Positions 17,027-25,755 of a stretch of 32,000 nucleotides of DNA are shown piece after piece (within the stretch, counting starts at the first letter, position 1; every line of letters begins with the position of its first letter). Source of the DNA: Planctomycetales bacterium (GTDB lineage: Bacteria > 4484-113 > JAFGCY01); NCBI GenBank assembly GCA_022646745.1, contig CP060262.1, positions 3,840,001 through 3,872,000 of the forward strand, written 5' to 3'. A model generated the notes under the pieces. The model saw nothing but the letters and a program-made list of their open reading frames with translations. It was not told the origin of the DNA and did not search any database. Both the position numbers and the translations under genes were made by a program.

Positions 17027-20000
17027 CAATCTTCGACCTACATGCATCTGTTCTCTCCGACTACCGGGAGTTTGTCCGCGCCTACTTTTCCGTAGCTGAT
17101 GAGCGTGTCCGCGCTTTCATTGACAAGGCACTGGAAGAGGACAAAACGCTCTGGCCAGACTACCTGCTGCAACTCAGCCCCTCCTACAAGCGTGTTGCCA
17201 CGGTGGACGAACTGGCCCAGCAGGGAAGCCTCCAACAGGAGACTGCACGAGTCTTCCAAACAGACGAGGGTGAGCCTTATTGGCTGTACAAACACCAGGT
17301 TGAAGCAATCGAGAAGGCAGCCCAGGGGCAGAGCTACATCGTCACGAGTGGCACAGGCTCCGGTAAGAGCCTGACCTACTTCATCCCCATCGTGGATTCC
17401 CTGCTGCGCAATCCACACGGGGGCAACTCCGTCGCAGCGCTGGCCATCTTCCCGATGAATGCGCTGGTCAATTCCCAGCGCCAGGCCCTGCAGAAACTGC
17501 AGGATGGCTACCAGAGCAGATACACAAATGAGTTCCCGTTCACGTTCGAGAAATACACAGGCGACACATCCAGCACACGGCGCGAGGAACTGCGCAACCA
17601 TCCGCCTCAGATCATGCTGACCAACTATGTGATGGCGGAGCTGATGCTGGTGCGCCCCGAGGACCAGGTATTCCTCAACCGCAAGGATGGCGGCCTGCGC
17701 ATGCTGGTCTGCGACGAGCTGCATACCTACCGTGGCAGGCAGGGTGCAGATGTGGCAATGCTGATCCGCCGTCTGAAAGAGCGCTGTGCCGCAGAAGGCC
17801 TGCTGCATATCGGCACCAGTGCCACTATGGTCTCGGACAAGGATGTCAGCCCGGTAGCCCGCAGGGAGGCCGTATCCGACTTCGCCTCTCGCTTCTTCGG
17901 CCACAGCTTCAACGAAAACCAGGTGATAGAGGAAACCTTGGTCACATTCACGGAAGGCTCTGCCCCTACCCAATCAGAACTGCAAAACGCAATGCAGGCT
18001 CCCCTGCCCCAGACAGCAGCTGAACTGAAGCAACATCCAATTGTCCGCTGGGCTGAGTATGGATTCGGAGTGGAGCCCGATGCTGAAGGGCAGCTCAGGA
18101 GACGGACACCACGCACGCTCGCTGATGCCGCTGCCGAACTGGCAGCTGCGAGTGTAGTCAGTGAAGCCGAATGTGAAGCAAAGCTGCAGGAACTGCTGGC
18201 GGTCAGCGGAAACCTTGCCAGGGAGGGAGCCGGCAGCGCGATGGCTTTCAAGCTGCACCAGTTCATCGGCCAGGGCCGGGCGATCTACTCCTCATTTGAA
18301 TCCACTGATGAGCGGATATTCAGCATGGATGGCCAGCTCGTCGCCTCAGAAGGGCGCAGGCTGGCACCGATCAAGTTCTGCCGAACCTGTGGACAGAATT
18401 ACTACCACGTCCAGCAGGGCATGCATGAGTTCCTGCCCCAGCCGCTGGGCTGGCTGAGCGAGGAAGAGGAAGGAAACCAGGAAGGCTACCTGATGATCGC
18501 TCCGGCGGAAAACAACTGGAGCGAGGAGCAGATCCCGCAGGAATGGTATGACGCCAGGGGCCGGCTATCCTCGACTTGGAAGGAGCGGGTGCCGCGGCAG
18601 GTCTGGGTTGACATTGAAGGTGGATACAGCACCGCTGACACTGCCAACGGCCTGTGCATGTGGTGGCAACCAGCCCCATTCGCGATCTGCCTGAACTGTG
18701 GGGAGTACTACACGAGGCGGGAGAAAGACTTCACCAAACTGGCATCGCTGTCAAGTGAAGCCCGCTCCAGTGCAACAACCGTCATTGCTGCCTCAGTCCT
18801 GCGCCATACTTCCCATGCAGGCACGGCAGCCAGCAAGCTGCTTTCATTCACGGACAACCGCCAGGATGCAGCTTTGCAGGCTGGTCACTTCAATGATTTC
18901 GTGAAAGTATCGGGTCTGCGGGCAGCCCTCTATGCAGCTCTCAAGGACAAGGGGCATCTCACCTATGAGAATGTTGCCAGGGAAACCCTGGCACACAGTG
19001 GCCTGACAATCCGGGATATTGCTGAGAATGCCCAGTTGAACCCGCAGGCACAGGCTGCCCAGAAGGTCTGGGAAATATTCCAGGAGCTGACCGAGTACAG
19101 GCTGTACAACGACCTGCGCAGAAGCTGGCGAGTTGTCCAGCCGAACCTGGAGGATGTCGGATTGCTCAAGATGGGTTTCCGAGACCTGGATGAAGTGACT
19201 GGCAACGACCATCTCTGGCACTGGCATCCGGCAGCAGCCCATATGTCGGTGGCAGACCGAAAACGCCTGGTTGAAACAATCCTCAGGCAGTTCCGCCAGA
19301 AACTGGCGATCAGCTGCGGTGTACTAACAGAAACCAGGCAGCAACAGATTCGAAAGAAGGCTGAGCAGCAACTAAATGAGTTCTGGGGTCTGGATCACGA
19401 GATAGATGAGTTGAGCACTGCTCGCCAGTACGTGCAGTTAGGTGAAGCAGACAGGTTGCCGTACTCAGCAATCTACCTTACATATAGAAGTGCAATCGGC
19501 CGCTTTATCAGAACATCCCTTAGCCTCAGCACAGATGAATATGATGCAGCTCTCACCGGTCTGCTTGAAATGCTCGTCGGACAAGGATTCCTGCGCAGGC
19601 TTGATCCCGTGGAGGACCATCAGATTTATCAACTGGATGCGTCCTGCCTGCTTTGGCAACTTGGCGATGGCAGCCCACCCCCACCCGATCCGATGTATGT
19701 TCGTCGCGGAACAGCATCAGGCTACTCAGATGTTCAAGTGCCAGTGAATCAATTCTTCAAGAGCTTCTACAGTGAACAGGCTGCTGCAATGGCTGAGTTC
19801 GAAGCTCGCGAGCATACGGCGCAGGTTGTCATGCAGGGTGAACGAGAACGAAGGGAACGTAGGTTCCGCTGGGAGGACAGTGACACCGCAAAGGAAAGCG
19901 AGCTTGGTAGAAGGCTGCCATACATCGTCTGCTCGCCGACCATGGAGCTCGGGATTGACATCGCGGACCTTGACATAGTGCATATGCGTAACGTCCCGCC

Positions 20001-22083
20001 CACACCTGCTAACTACGCCCAGCGCAGCGGTCGAGCGGGACGGCAAGGCCAGCCGGGCCTCGTCTATACATACTGCGGTGCCTTGAACAGTCACGACCAG
20101 TACTTCTTCAATCGCCGGGAAGACATGGTTGCAGGAAGCGTCAAAGCTCCTCGACTGGATCTAGGTAATGAAGCGCTTCTAAAGGCTCATATCCATGCAA
20201 TGTGGTTGGCAAAGGTCCGCCTGCCACTTGGACAGTCAATCGAAAATGTGCTTGACGTCGAAAGCGACGGCCAACCGTTGAACGAGAATGCGGCAGGCCA
20301 GATTCAACTGAAAGACCCAGTCATTAATGAACTAGGAATGAGCATACACAAGATCCTGAATGAGGAACTTGAAGTCGGCGGGTCCATGCCGGGAGTCTCC
20401 CTTGAATGGATCAGGAATGTCCTTGCCACCGCCCCGGAGCAGTTTGACAGGGCCTTCGATCGCTGGCGCGAACTATATGATGCATCCGAAAAGCAGTTTG
20501 ATGCAGCCATGAAGGCCAGAAGGAAGGCAAGGACTAAAGATGACCAGCTTGCCGCATCCATACAGGAAAGGGAAGCTGAGCGCCAGCGAAACCTGTTGCT
20601 GCAGATTGACACACAACGTGAAGAAAGCGACTTCTACCCTTATCGCTATCTGGCAAGTGAGGGTTTCCTGCCTGGATATAACTTCCCTGCCCTGCCAGTG
20701 CGCGCTTGGATTTCACGGGCTGGTGGAGAGTATATTGCCAGACCAAGATTCCTTGGTGTGCGCGAGTTTGCACCTGGCAACATCATCTATCACGAAGGTG
20801 TCAAATGGCAGGCCGATTCCTTCCAGGTTCCTCCCGGCGGCTTGTCAGAGCGGACATCACGAAAGCGGATCTGCCAAAGTTGCGGTGCATTCTGTGAACC
20901 GGAACTGGATCTCTGCCCGGCATGCCATACCAGATTTGATGCCGGAAACAGCACTTTTATTTCTGTTCTTGAAATGCCAAATGTCAAGGCAAGAAAGAGA
21001 GACCGCATTACCTCCAATGAAGAGGAAAGAAGGCGGCGCGGATTCGAACTCGAAACCAGTTTCCAGTTTGCACCAGAGGATGGACGCGTAAGAGTACAAA
21101 AGGCAGACGTTTACATTGGCGACAACCCGGCTATTCAGCTGACTTACGCCCCGGCAGCGACAATCATGAAGATCAACAATGGCTGGCGCTCCGGAAACCA
21201 TACCGGGTTCCTGATAGACATGGAGACTGGGACTGTTGTCAGCGGAGAGGAAGGAGCACCATCGATTGCTTCACAACTAAGTCTCCAGAATGTCAGACTG
21301 ATGGTAAGGGGAACGCATAATCTGCTGCTCCTGAACATCAATCCCAGCTACATGGAAGTGAGCACGGGATTCCTGGCAACTCTTCAATACGCCTTGCAGC
21401 GAGGTTGTGAATCCGTTTATCAACTAGAAGAGTCAGAACTTTCAGCGGAGAGGATTGGCGAACTTGAACATAAGTCCATCATGTTCTACGAGTCCAATGA
21501 AGGTGGCGCTGGAGTCCTGGAACGGATTATCATGCGCCCGGATGCAATTGCTCGCATCGCTGAGGAAGCACTGATCAGATGCCACTTTAAACCGACAGGT
21601 GAAGACATCAAACCGAACTGCGAAGCTGCCTGTTACGAGTGCCTACTCAGCTTTGGGAATCAGCATGAAGCATTGATGATAAATAGGCATGACATCAGAC
21701 AGAATCTGGTGGATCTGACTGGTTCAAGGACACTGACGAGATATGGCGACAGGAACTGGCATGAACACCTTGCCTGGCTAGAGTCACTGACTGACTCCAG
21801 ATCAGAGATTGAACGAAAGTTATTATCTGCACTAGTGGATGGCAACTACCGACTGCCTGACCAGGCACAGAAGTCGATAGATCAGCTCAAGTGCATTCCG
21901 GACTTCTTCTTTGAGCCGAACGTCTGCGTATTCTGCGATGGCACTGTTCATGACGAGCCCAATCAGAAGAAGAAGGATAAGGAGCTTCGTGAGGAGCTGA
22001 AACTTCAAGGGTACAGAGTTGAAGTGATCCGCTATGACCAGCCCTTGGATAAACAGGTCAAGAAAATGATGCGGAATATGTAA
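17023..22083 (+). CDS. drmA-drmB: Fused DrmA-like DEAD/DEAH (DELH) helicase, DrmB-like DUF1998 (MrfA Zn-binding) domain and C-terminal Vsr/DUF559-like nuclease fold
   Basis: 1686 aa. The helicase motifs are motif I VTSGTGSGKSLTY, motif II LVCDELHTYRG and motif III IGTSATM. The helicase C-lobe, CSPTMELGIDIADLDIVHMRNVPPTPANYAQRSGRAGRQGQPG, comes only after a roughly 700-aa insertion. DUF1998-like elements are CQSCGAFCEPELDLCPACH, MFYESNEGGAGVLERI and CEAACYECLLSFGNQHE. The C-terminal 96 aa carry ERKLLSAL...IPDFFFEPNVCVFCDGTVHD...DKELREELKLQGYRVEVIRY. Confidence 0.8.
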   Translation: MTIFDLHASVLSDYREFVRAYFSVADERVRAFIDKALEEDKTLWPDYLLQLSPSYKRVATVDELAQQGSLQQETARVFQTDEGEPYWLYKHQVEAIEKAAQGQSYIVTSGTGSGKSLTYFIPIVDSLLRNPHGGNSVAALAIFPMNALVNSQRQALQKLQDGYQSRYTNEFPFTFEKYTGDTSSTRREELRNHPPQIMLTNYVMAELMLVRPEDQVFLNRKDGGLRMLVCDELHTYRGRQGADVAMLIRRLKERCAAEGLLHIGTSATMVSDKDVSPVARREAVSDFASRFFGHSFNENQVIEETLVTFTEGSAPTQSELQNAMQAPLPQTAAELKQHPIVRWAEYGFGVEPDAEGQLRRRTPRTLADAAAELAAASVVSEAECEAKLQELLAVSGNLAREGAGSAMAFKLHQFIGQGRAIYSSFESTDERIFSMDGQLVASEGRRLAPIKFCRTCGQNYYHVQQGMHEFLPQPLGWLSEEEEGNQEGYLMIAPAENNWSEEQIPQEWYDARGRLSSTWKERVPRQVWVDIEGGYSTADTANGLCMWWQPAPFAICLNCGEYYTRREKDFTKLASLSSEARSSATTVIAASVLRHTSHAGTAASKLLSFTDNRQDAALQAGHFNDFVKVSGLRAALYAALKDKGHLTYENVARETLAHSGLTIRDIAENAQLNPQAQAAQKVWEIFQELTEYRLYNDLRRSWRVVQPNLEDVGLLKMGFRDLDEVTGNDHLWHWHPAAAHMSVADRKRLVETILRQFRQKLAISCGVLTETRQQQIRKKAEQQLNEFWGLDHEIDELSTARQYVQLGEADRLPYSAIYLTYRSAIGRFIRTSLSLSTDEYDAALTGLLEMLVGQGFLRRLDPVEDHQIYQLDASCLLWQLGDGSPPPPDPMYVRRGTASGYSDVQVPVNQFFKSFYSEQAAAMAEFEAREHTAQVVMQGERERRERRFRWEDSDTAKESELGRRLPYIVCSPTMELGIDIADLDIVHMRNVPPTPANYAQRSGRAGRQGQPGLVYTYCGALNSHDQYFFNRREDMVAGSVKAPRLDLGNEALLKAHIHAMWLAKVRLPLGQSIENVLDVESDGQPLNENAAGQIQLKDPVINELGMSIHKILNEELEVGGSMPGVSLEWIRNVLATAPEQFDRAFDRWRELYDASEKQFDAAMKARRKARTKDDQLAASIQEREAERQRNLLLQIDTQREESDFYPYRYLASEGFLPGYNFPALPVRAWISRAGGEYIARPRFLGVREFAPGNIIYHEGVKWQADSFQVPPGGLSERTSRKRICQSCGAFCEPELDLCPACHTRFDAGNSTFISVLEMPNVKARKRDRITSNEEERRRRGFELETSFQFAPEDGRVRVQKADVYIGDNPAIQLTYAPAATIMKINNGWRSGNHTGFLIDMETGTVVSGEEGAPSIASQLSLQNVRLMVRGTHNLLLLNINPSYMEVSTGFLATLQYALQRGCESVYQLEESELSAERIGELEHKSIMFYESNEGGAGVLERIIMRPDAIARIAEEALIRCHFKPTGEDIKPNCEAACYECLLSFGNQHEALMINRHDIRQNLVDLTGSRTLTRYGDRNWHEHLAWLESLTDSRSEIERKLLSALVDGNYRLPDQAQKSIDQLKCIPDFFFEPNVCVFCDGTVHDEPNQKKKDKELREELKLQGYRVEVIRYDQPLDKQVKKMMRNM

Positions 22084-22156
22084 CTCTCTGGTTCTACAGA
22101 AAGACCTACGAGTCAGTTGATACTACATTGGATGCGTTGTCCTCATTCGAAATCTT

Positions 22157-22483
22157 TTAACGCTCTACCACCTCCAGCAGGTCATCGCATCGCCGCATCT
22201 TCTGCTTCTGCAGCCAATACAGATAGTGGCGCAGCACTCTTACAGTCCTTTCAATAGTGCGAGGTGCCAATGCCCTGCCCTTGCGGCTATGCAGCAAGGC
22301 ATCGCTCTGCAGGAACAGTTCTATCTGACTTGGCAATATCTCCTTGACGCGACGGTACTCTCCCAGGAATCCAACCGCCTTCATCAGGTCGGTCTGATAT
22401 TGCAGTACGGTGTGCTCCTTGAACCCCTGCTCTCGCAGGTGATCCATGAATGCCAGTGCTGTCGAGATTATTGATGTCTTCAT
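22157..22483 (-). CDS. Orphan tyrosine-recombinase N-terminal SAM-like (core-binding) domain protein; no catalytic domain follows
   Basis: 108 aa. FMDHLREQGFKEHTVLQYQTDLMKAVGFLG....ILPSQIELFLQS....GRALAPRTIERTVRVLRHYLYWL fits the Phage_integrase SAM-like domain pattern. GGAGG lies 5 nt before the ATG. Only 73 nt separate its stop from the convergent helicase stop. Confidence 0.5.
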   Translation of the reverse strand: MKTSIISTALAFMDHLREQGFKEHTVLQYQTDLMKAVGFLGEYRRVKEILPSQIELFLQSDALLHSRKGRALAPRTIERTVRVLRHYLYWLQKQKMRRCDDLLEVVER

Positions 22484-22577
22484 GTTGTCCTCCTGACGAC
22501 GTCGTTGCGTCGATTGGCTGACAACATAGCTCGATTGTGCAGATTAGCAAGTGATCAGTTCGGGCCAGCTGCAGCAT

Positions 22578-23138
22578 TCATTCCCTGTAACGTCTCACCC
22601 TGGGACGTCCATCGAGCTCCTCCTGCGAGAAGATCTGCTTGTGCCAGAATTCCGGCCTGCGCGCTTCCGCTCTCTTTGGCCAACGCCAATCCCGATATAC
22701 GTTACTGGCGCTCCAGCCTCCCCAGCCCAGACCTCCGCCTACGGCGGCATCTATCAGCAATAGCGGCGCGGTATCACGTGTCTCCACGATCAGCACCTCA
22801 CTTCTGCGAATCGGTGGTGTGGTTTCCAGATAGGCGAAGATCAGCTGAGGATGTTTCAGGTTCCTGAGTTCAACCAGATCCATGGCCTCCTGGAAAACCT
22901 GCTCAGGTGTCTTCTCGGGATGCTGCGGGTGTCCTAATGCCGAGTACTGCTGGTGGTAGCAGCACTGCAGGGGATGTTGGTCAACGAACTCATTTCGTTG
23001 AATCTGATACCACACACCTGCAGGACCCTTCGGTACAGTGACACCTTCAGGAATGGTAATGTCCCACCATTCGACAAACAGCCGCACTGTCTTGATACAT
23101 GTCTGTGCATGCGTCTCACGGTTCTTCTTGAACTCCAT
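22578..23138 (-). CDS. Hypothetical protein
   Basis: 186-aa ORF co-oriented with the recombinase module. I recognise no motif. Confidence 0.45.
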   Translation of the reverse strand: MEFKKNRETHAQTCIKTVRLFVEWWDITIPEGVTVPKGPAGVWYQIQRNEFVDQHPLQCCYHQQYSALGHPQHPEKTPEQVFQEAMDLVELRNLKHPQLIFAYLETTPPIRRSEVLIVETRDTAPLLLIDAAVGGGLGWGGWSASNVYRDWRWPKRAEARRPEFWHKQIFSQEELDGRPRVRRYRE

Positions 23139-23170
23139 GATTTCCTCACAACAATTGAGATTTGGCTTCC

Positions 23171-23710
23171 CTAGCTTTCGTTGAACAGGCTCATGCTGCC
23201 ACTGCCCTTGGCAACATGTCGGTTGGTTTTCGGCTTCAACACAGGCGACGAAGATGTAGAACTCAAATTAGCTGCCACGTTGTCCCTGTTGGCAGCATCC
23301 GCCTTTGGATCCGTCACCACAGGAGCTTTTTCAGTCGCATATTGTCGTGGCTCAAATCCATACTTCCTGCGCTGCTCATCCCAGTTGAGTGGCAATCCCT
23401 TCTGTAGCCGGGCAAGGCTGGTACCGGATGGCTCGCGGCCGTTTACTATCTCCTCAACAATGAAGGGATCCAGCAGGGTCAGATTCAGAATGCGCGACAG
23501 GTATGAGAAGTCAACCTTGAGATGCTTGGCCAAGGCATTCATGTTGTCAAACTCACCGGCGTCCAGCTTCTCCTGCCATGCAAAGGCAAGGGCAAGGCTG
23601 ACCAGCAGCGGCTTCTGCGCCCGCCAGTCTGCTTTGGCGTCATCCTTGGCGAGCTTGATTTCGCGCTTTCCACCCCGCTTCTTCATTTCAAATGGAACTC
23701 GTATTAACAT
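23171..23710 (-). CDS. Serine-recombinase-associated small protein (HTH-like)
   Basis: 179 aa, starting 4 nt after the recombinase stop. KKRGGKREIKL...ALAFAWQEKLDAGEFDNMNALAKHLKVDFSYLSRILNLTLLDPFIVEEIVNGREP resembles a conserved ORF or C-terminal extension I recall next to large serine recombinases (motif ...SY..R.LRLTLLAPDIVEAIL.GRQP). Confidence 0.5.
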   Translation of the reverse strand: MLIRVPFEMKKRGGKREIKLAKDDAKADWRAQKPLLVSLALAFAWQEKLDAGEFDNMNALAKHLKVDFSYLSRILNLTLLDPFIVEEIVNGREPSGTSLARLQKGLPLNWDEQRRKYGFEPRQYATEKAPVVTDPKADAANRDNVAANLSSTSSSPVLKPKTNRHVAKGSGSMSLFNES

Positions 23711-23713
23711 CCC

Positions 23714-25249
23714 CTACTCCACCGAGATAATTTCAGTCCCAGCTTTTCGTATCTCCCTGACCAAGGAAGCCAAACCGTCATCAAAAAGCTCTATCAGCAC
23801 CTCCCCCTTTGCAACCGTCACAGACTTGACTAGCAGCTTGGCAATCCGCTCCTGCTCGCGCGGGAACAGGTTGTCCCAGATCCGGTCGAAGACCTGCAGC
23901 TCATTGGCCACCTCACCCTTAGAGATGGGAGCCAGTTCCAACCTGTTACATTGAGCTGTGATTTCCTTGAGCTCTCCATCCAATTGCTTCTGACGACCTG
24001 AAGTCCGTACTCCTTCTTCCGATTGATTGGATTGAATGAGAGATTCAAGCTTCTGTTTACGCGCTATGAGTATCTTCAACGTCCGCTCCCGCTCTCCATC
24101 CAGCTGCTTGAGTACCGTTAGATAGACCTCATCAGTCCGTAGTGCAACCCTGATTTGCTCTACGACCAATGCTTCAAGCTGCTTAGCCGGAACTGAAGGA
24201 TTAGGGCAGAAGCGGTACCCCTTATTCCGTGCAGTTCGACAGACGTACTCGTAGTATGCACGCTCACGCGGACCTGCATACTTGGGGGCCATGGGCTCGT
24301 TACAAGACTTGCAGAATACGATGTGCTTGAGCAGAGCCTGAATCTCGCTCCGTTCTCGACTGTGTTTGATGTAGGCGTTCTGGTTCAATAAACTCTGTAC
24401 CCTGTCAAACAGCTCTTTGGCAACTATCGGCTCTTGCAGTCCCGGGAATGTTTCACCTGTTCGGTGGTACTCCTCTACACCGATGTAAGTACGATTGGCC
24501 AGCAGTCTGGATATATAGGACATGGTGAAAGGACCCGGATCATGAGGTTCTCCGTTCTTCATGGTCCAGGTTTTTCGAGTTTTGCCTTCAGCGTTCAACT
24601 CGCGGACTAGGTCTCCTTTCTTGGGCTTATCCGCAAAACGCTGAAAAATCTCATTGACCAGCTTCGCCTCTTCCTTGTTTACGATGTACTGCTTAGTGAC
24701 CGGGTCAATGTCGTAGCCAAGAATCGGCCGACCCCCGGTACGCATTCCGCGCTTCCTCATTGCATATGCCTTCTCTCTCTGGCGCTCACATGTGATGTCT
24801 ACTTCAAATTCGGCGAATGTCATTAAGATGTTGATCAGCATTCTTCCCGCTGCAGTTGATCCGTCAATCTCCTGTTGCACGGAAACTAGGCCTACGTTGT
24901 TTTTTTCCAGGATTGGAATGACTTGCTGGTACTCAGACATGCGGCGGACGAGACGATCAAGTCTATGAACAATTAGAATATCGAAATTCTGATCTTGAAT
25001 ATCATGCATTAACTGCTTGAACTGAGGTCTGTTGTTGCTACGCGCAGTGATACCCGCTTCCCGGTACTCATGGAAAAACGTCCAGTTATTGCATGCGTTG
25101 TTTTCGATCTTTTCTAGGCAAGTAGCAAGTTGGTTATCTAAGGAAGTAAACTCAGTATTGAGTCCTTCTTCACTGCTGACCCGGGTGTAAATGGCACATC
25201 TTATTACTTGTGATGAACTCTGTAGTTTGATCTCGGAAGTTCTATTCAT
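23714..25249 (-). CDS. Large serine recombinase (resolvase catalytic domain, recombinase domain, zinc-ribbon, coiled coil)
   Basis: The catalytic N-terminus RCAIYTRVSSEEG carries the Ser nucleophile. LIVHRLDRLVR and STAAGRMLINILMTFAEFE (E-helix) are present. The recombinase domain includes GGRPILGYDID. The Zn ribbon is CKSCNEPM...YEYVCRTARNKGYRFC. I prefer ATG 25249, 7 nt after GAGGAG. The track start is 25303. Confidence 0.85.
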   Translation of the reverse strand: MNRTSEIKLQSSSQVIRCAIYTRVSSEEGLNTEFTSLDNQLATCLEKIENNACNNWTFFHEYREAGITARSNNRPQFKQLMHDIQDQNFDILIVHRLDRLVRRMSEYQQVIPILEKNNVGLVSVQQEIDGSTAAGRMLINILMTFAEFEVDITCERQREKAYAMRKRGMRTGGRPILGYDIDPVTKQYIVNKEEAKLVNEIFQRFADKPKKGDLVRELNAEGKTRKTWTMKNGEPHDPGPFTMSYISRLLANRTYIGVEEYHRTGETFPGLQEPIVAKELFDRVQSLLNQNAYIKHSRERSEIQALLKHIVFCKSCNEPMAPKYAGPRERAYYEYVCRTARNKGYRFCPNPSVPAKQLEALVVEQIRVALRTDEVYLTVLKQLDGERERTLKILIARKQKLESLIQSNQSEEGVRTSGRQKQLDGELKEITAQCNRLELAPISKGEVANELQVFDRIWDNLFPREQERIAKLLVKSVTVAKGEVLIELFDDGLASLVREIRKAGTEIISVE

Positions 25250-25745
25250 GTGACCGCTCCTCATTGTCATAAAGGAATGAAGCTGAAAATTGCCATAGCG
25301 CATTCATTGTTAAGCGGCCGGCCGCAGTTGTTGTGTCAACCGCCTGATTCACTGACACGAATCCAACATCAGCCTGTGTGAGCTGAGACAGAAAGTCGCA
25401 CATGTCCCTACTGCTTCGCCAGAGCCGATCAAAGCTGGCAACCAGTATGACGTCCAGTTGGCCTTTGCCAAGGTCTGCAAGCATTCGCTGAAGAGCAGGC
25501 CGGTGCTTATCAGCTGCACCGTAACTACCGTCATAGTATGTGGCGGTGACGCGCCACATATCATCAGCTCGAGCTGATACATAACTGGAGCAGCGTTCAT
25601 ATTGGTTAATCAGAGCAGCGCACTCTGTTGGCAGGCCTTCTTCTGTTCTGGCTCTGGTATATATGCCACAGCGCACGATTGTCGAGGGTGTATGACTTGA
25701 ACCGCTCCTGACACTTGAATCGTTTCTGACAGATGAATGACACAT
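25242..25745 (-). pseudogene. Degenerate, truncated resolvase-domain ORF (Arg at the Ser-nucleophile position; ends within the E-helix)
   Basis: It reads VRCGIYTRARTEEG where the neighbour has IYTRVSSEEG. It retains ILVASFDRLWRS and TTAAGRLTMNALWQF, then diverges and stops (167 aa from ATG 25745). AAGGAG lies 6 nt before that ATG. It overlaps the next gene by 8 nt. It may still be translated. Confidence 0.55.
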
Positions 25746-25755
25746 AGTTGTCTCC

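Noticed and set aside
17038-17973. 311-aa minus-strand ORF (also 17727-18266 and others) inside the helicase gene
   Set aside because: It is antisense to a CDS with clear helicase motifs I-III. It has no motifs of its own and is typical of shadow ORFs in GC-rich coding DNA.
23181-23954. 257-aa plus-strand ORF across the recombinase 3' end and the accessory gene
   Set aside because: It is antisense to two co-oriented genes with recognisable motifs. The product is Ser/Leu/Arg-rich.
24894-24906. A7/T7 homopolymer inside the large serine recombinase coding sequence as a possible frameshift switch
   Set aside because: The ORF is intact through the tract, and runs of 7 are common by chance in AT-richer genes. 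I see no alternative-frame ORF of note.
25250-25303. 18-aa extension of the serine recombinase (MRYGNFQLHSFMTMRSGH)
   Set aside because: The internal ATG at 25249 is preceded by GAGGAG at ideal spacing, and the extension overlaps the upstream ORF. This is only a start-site refinement.
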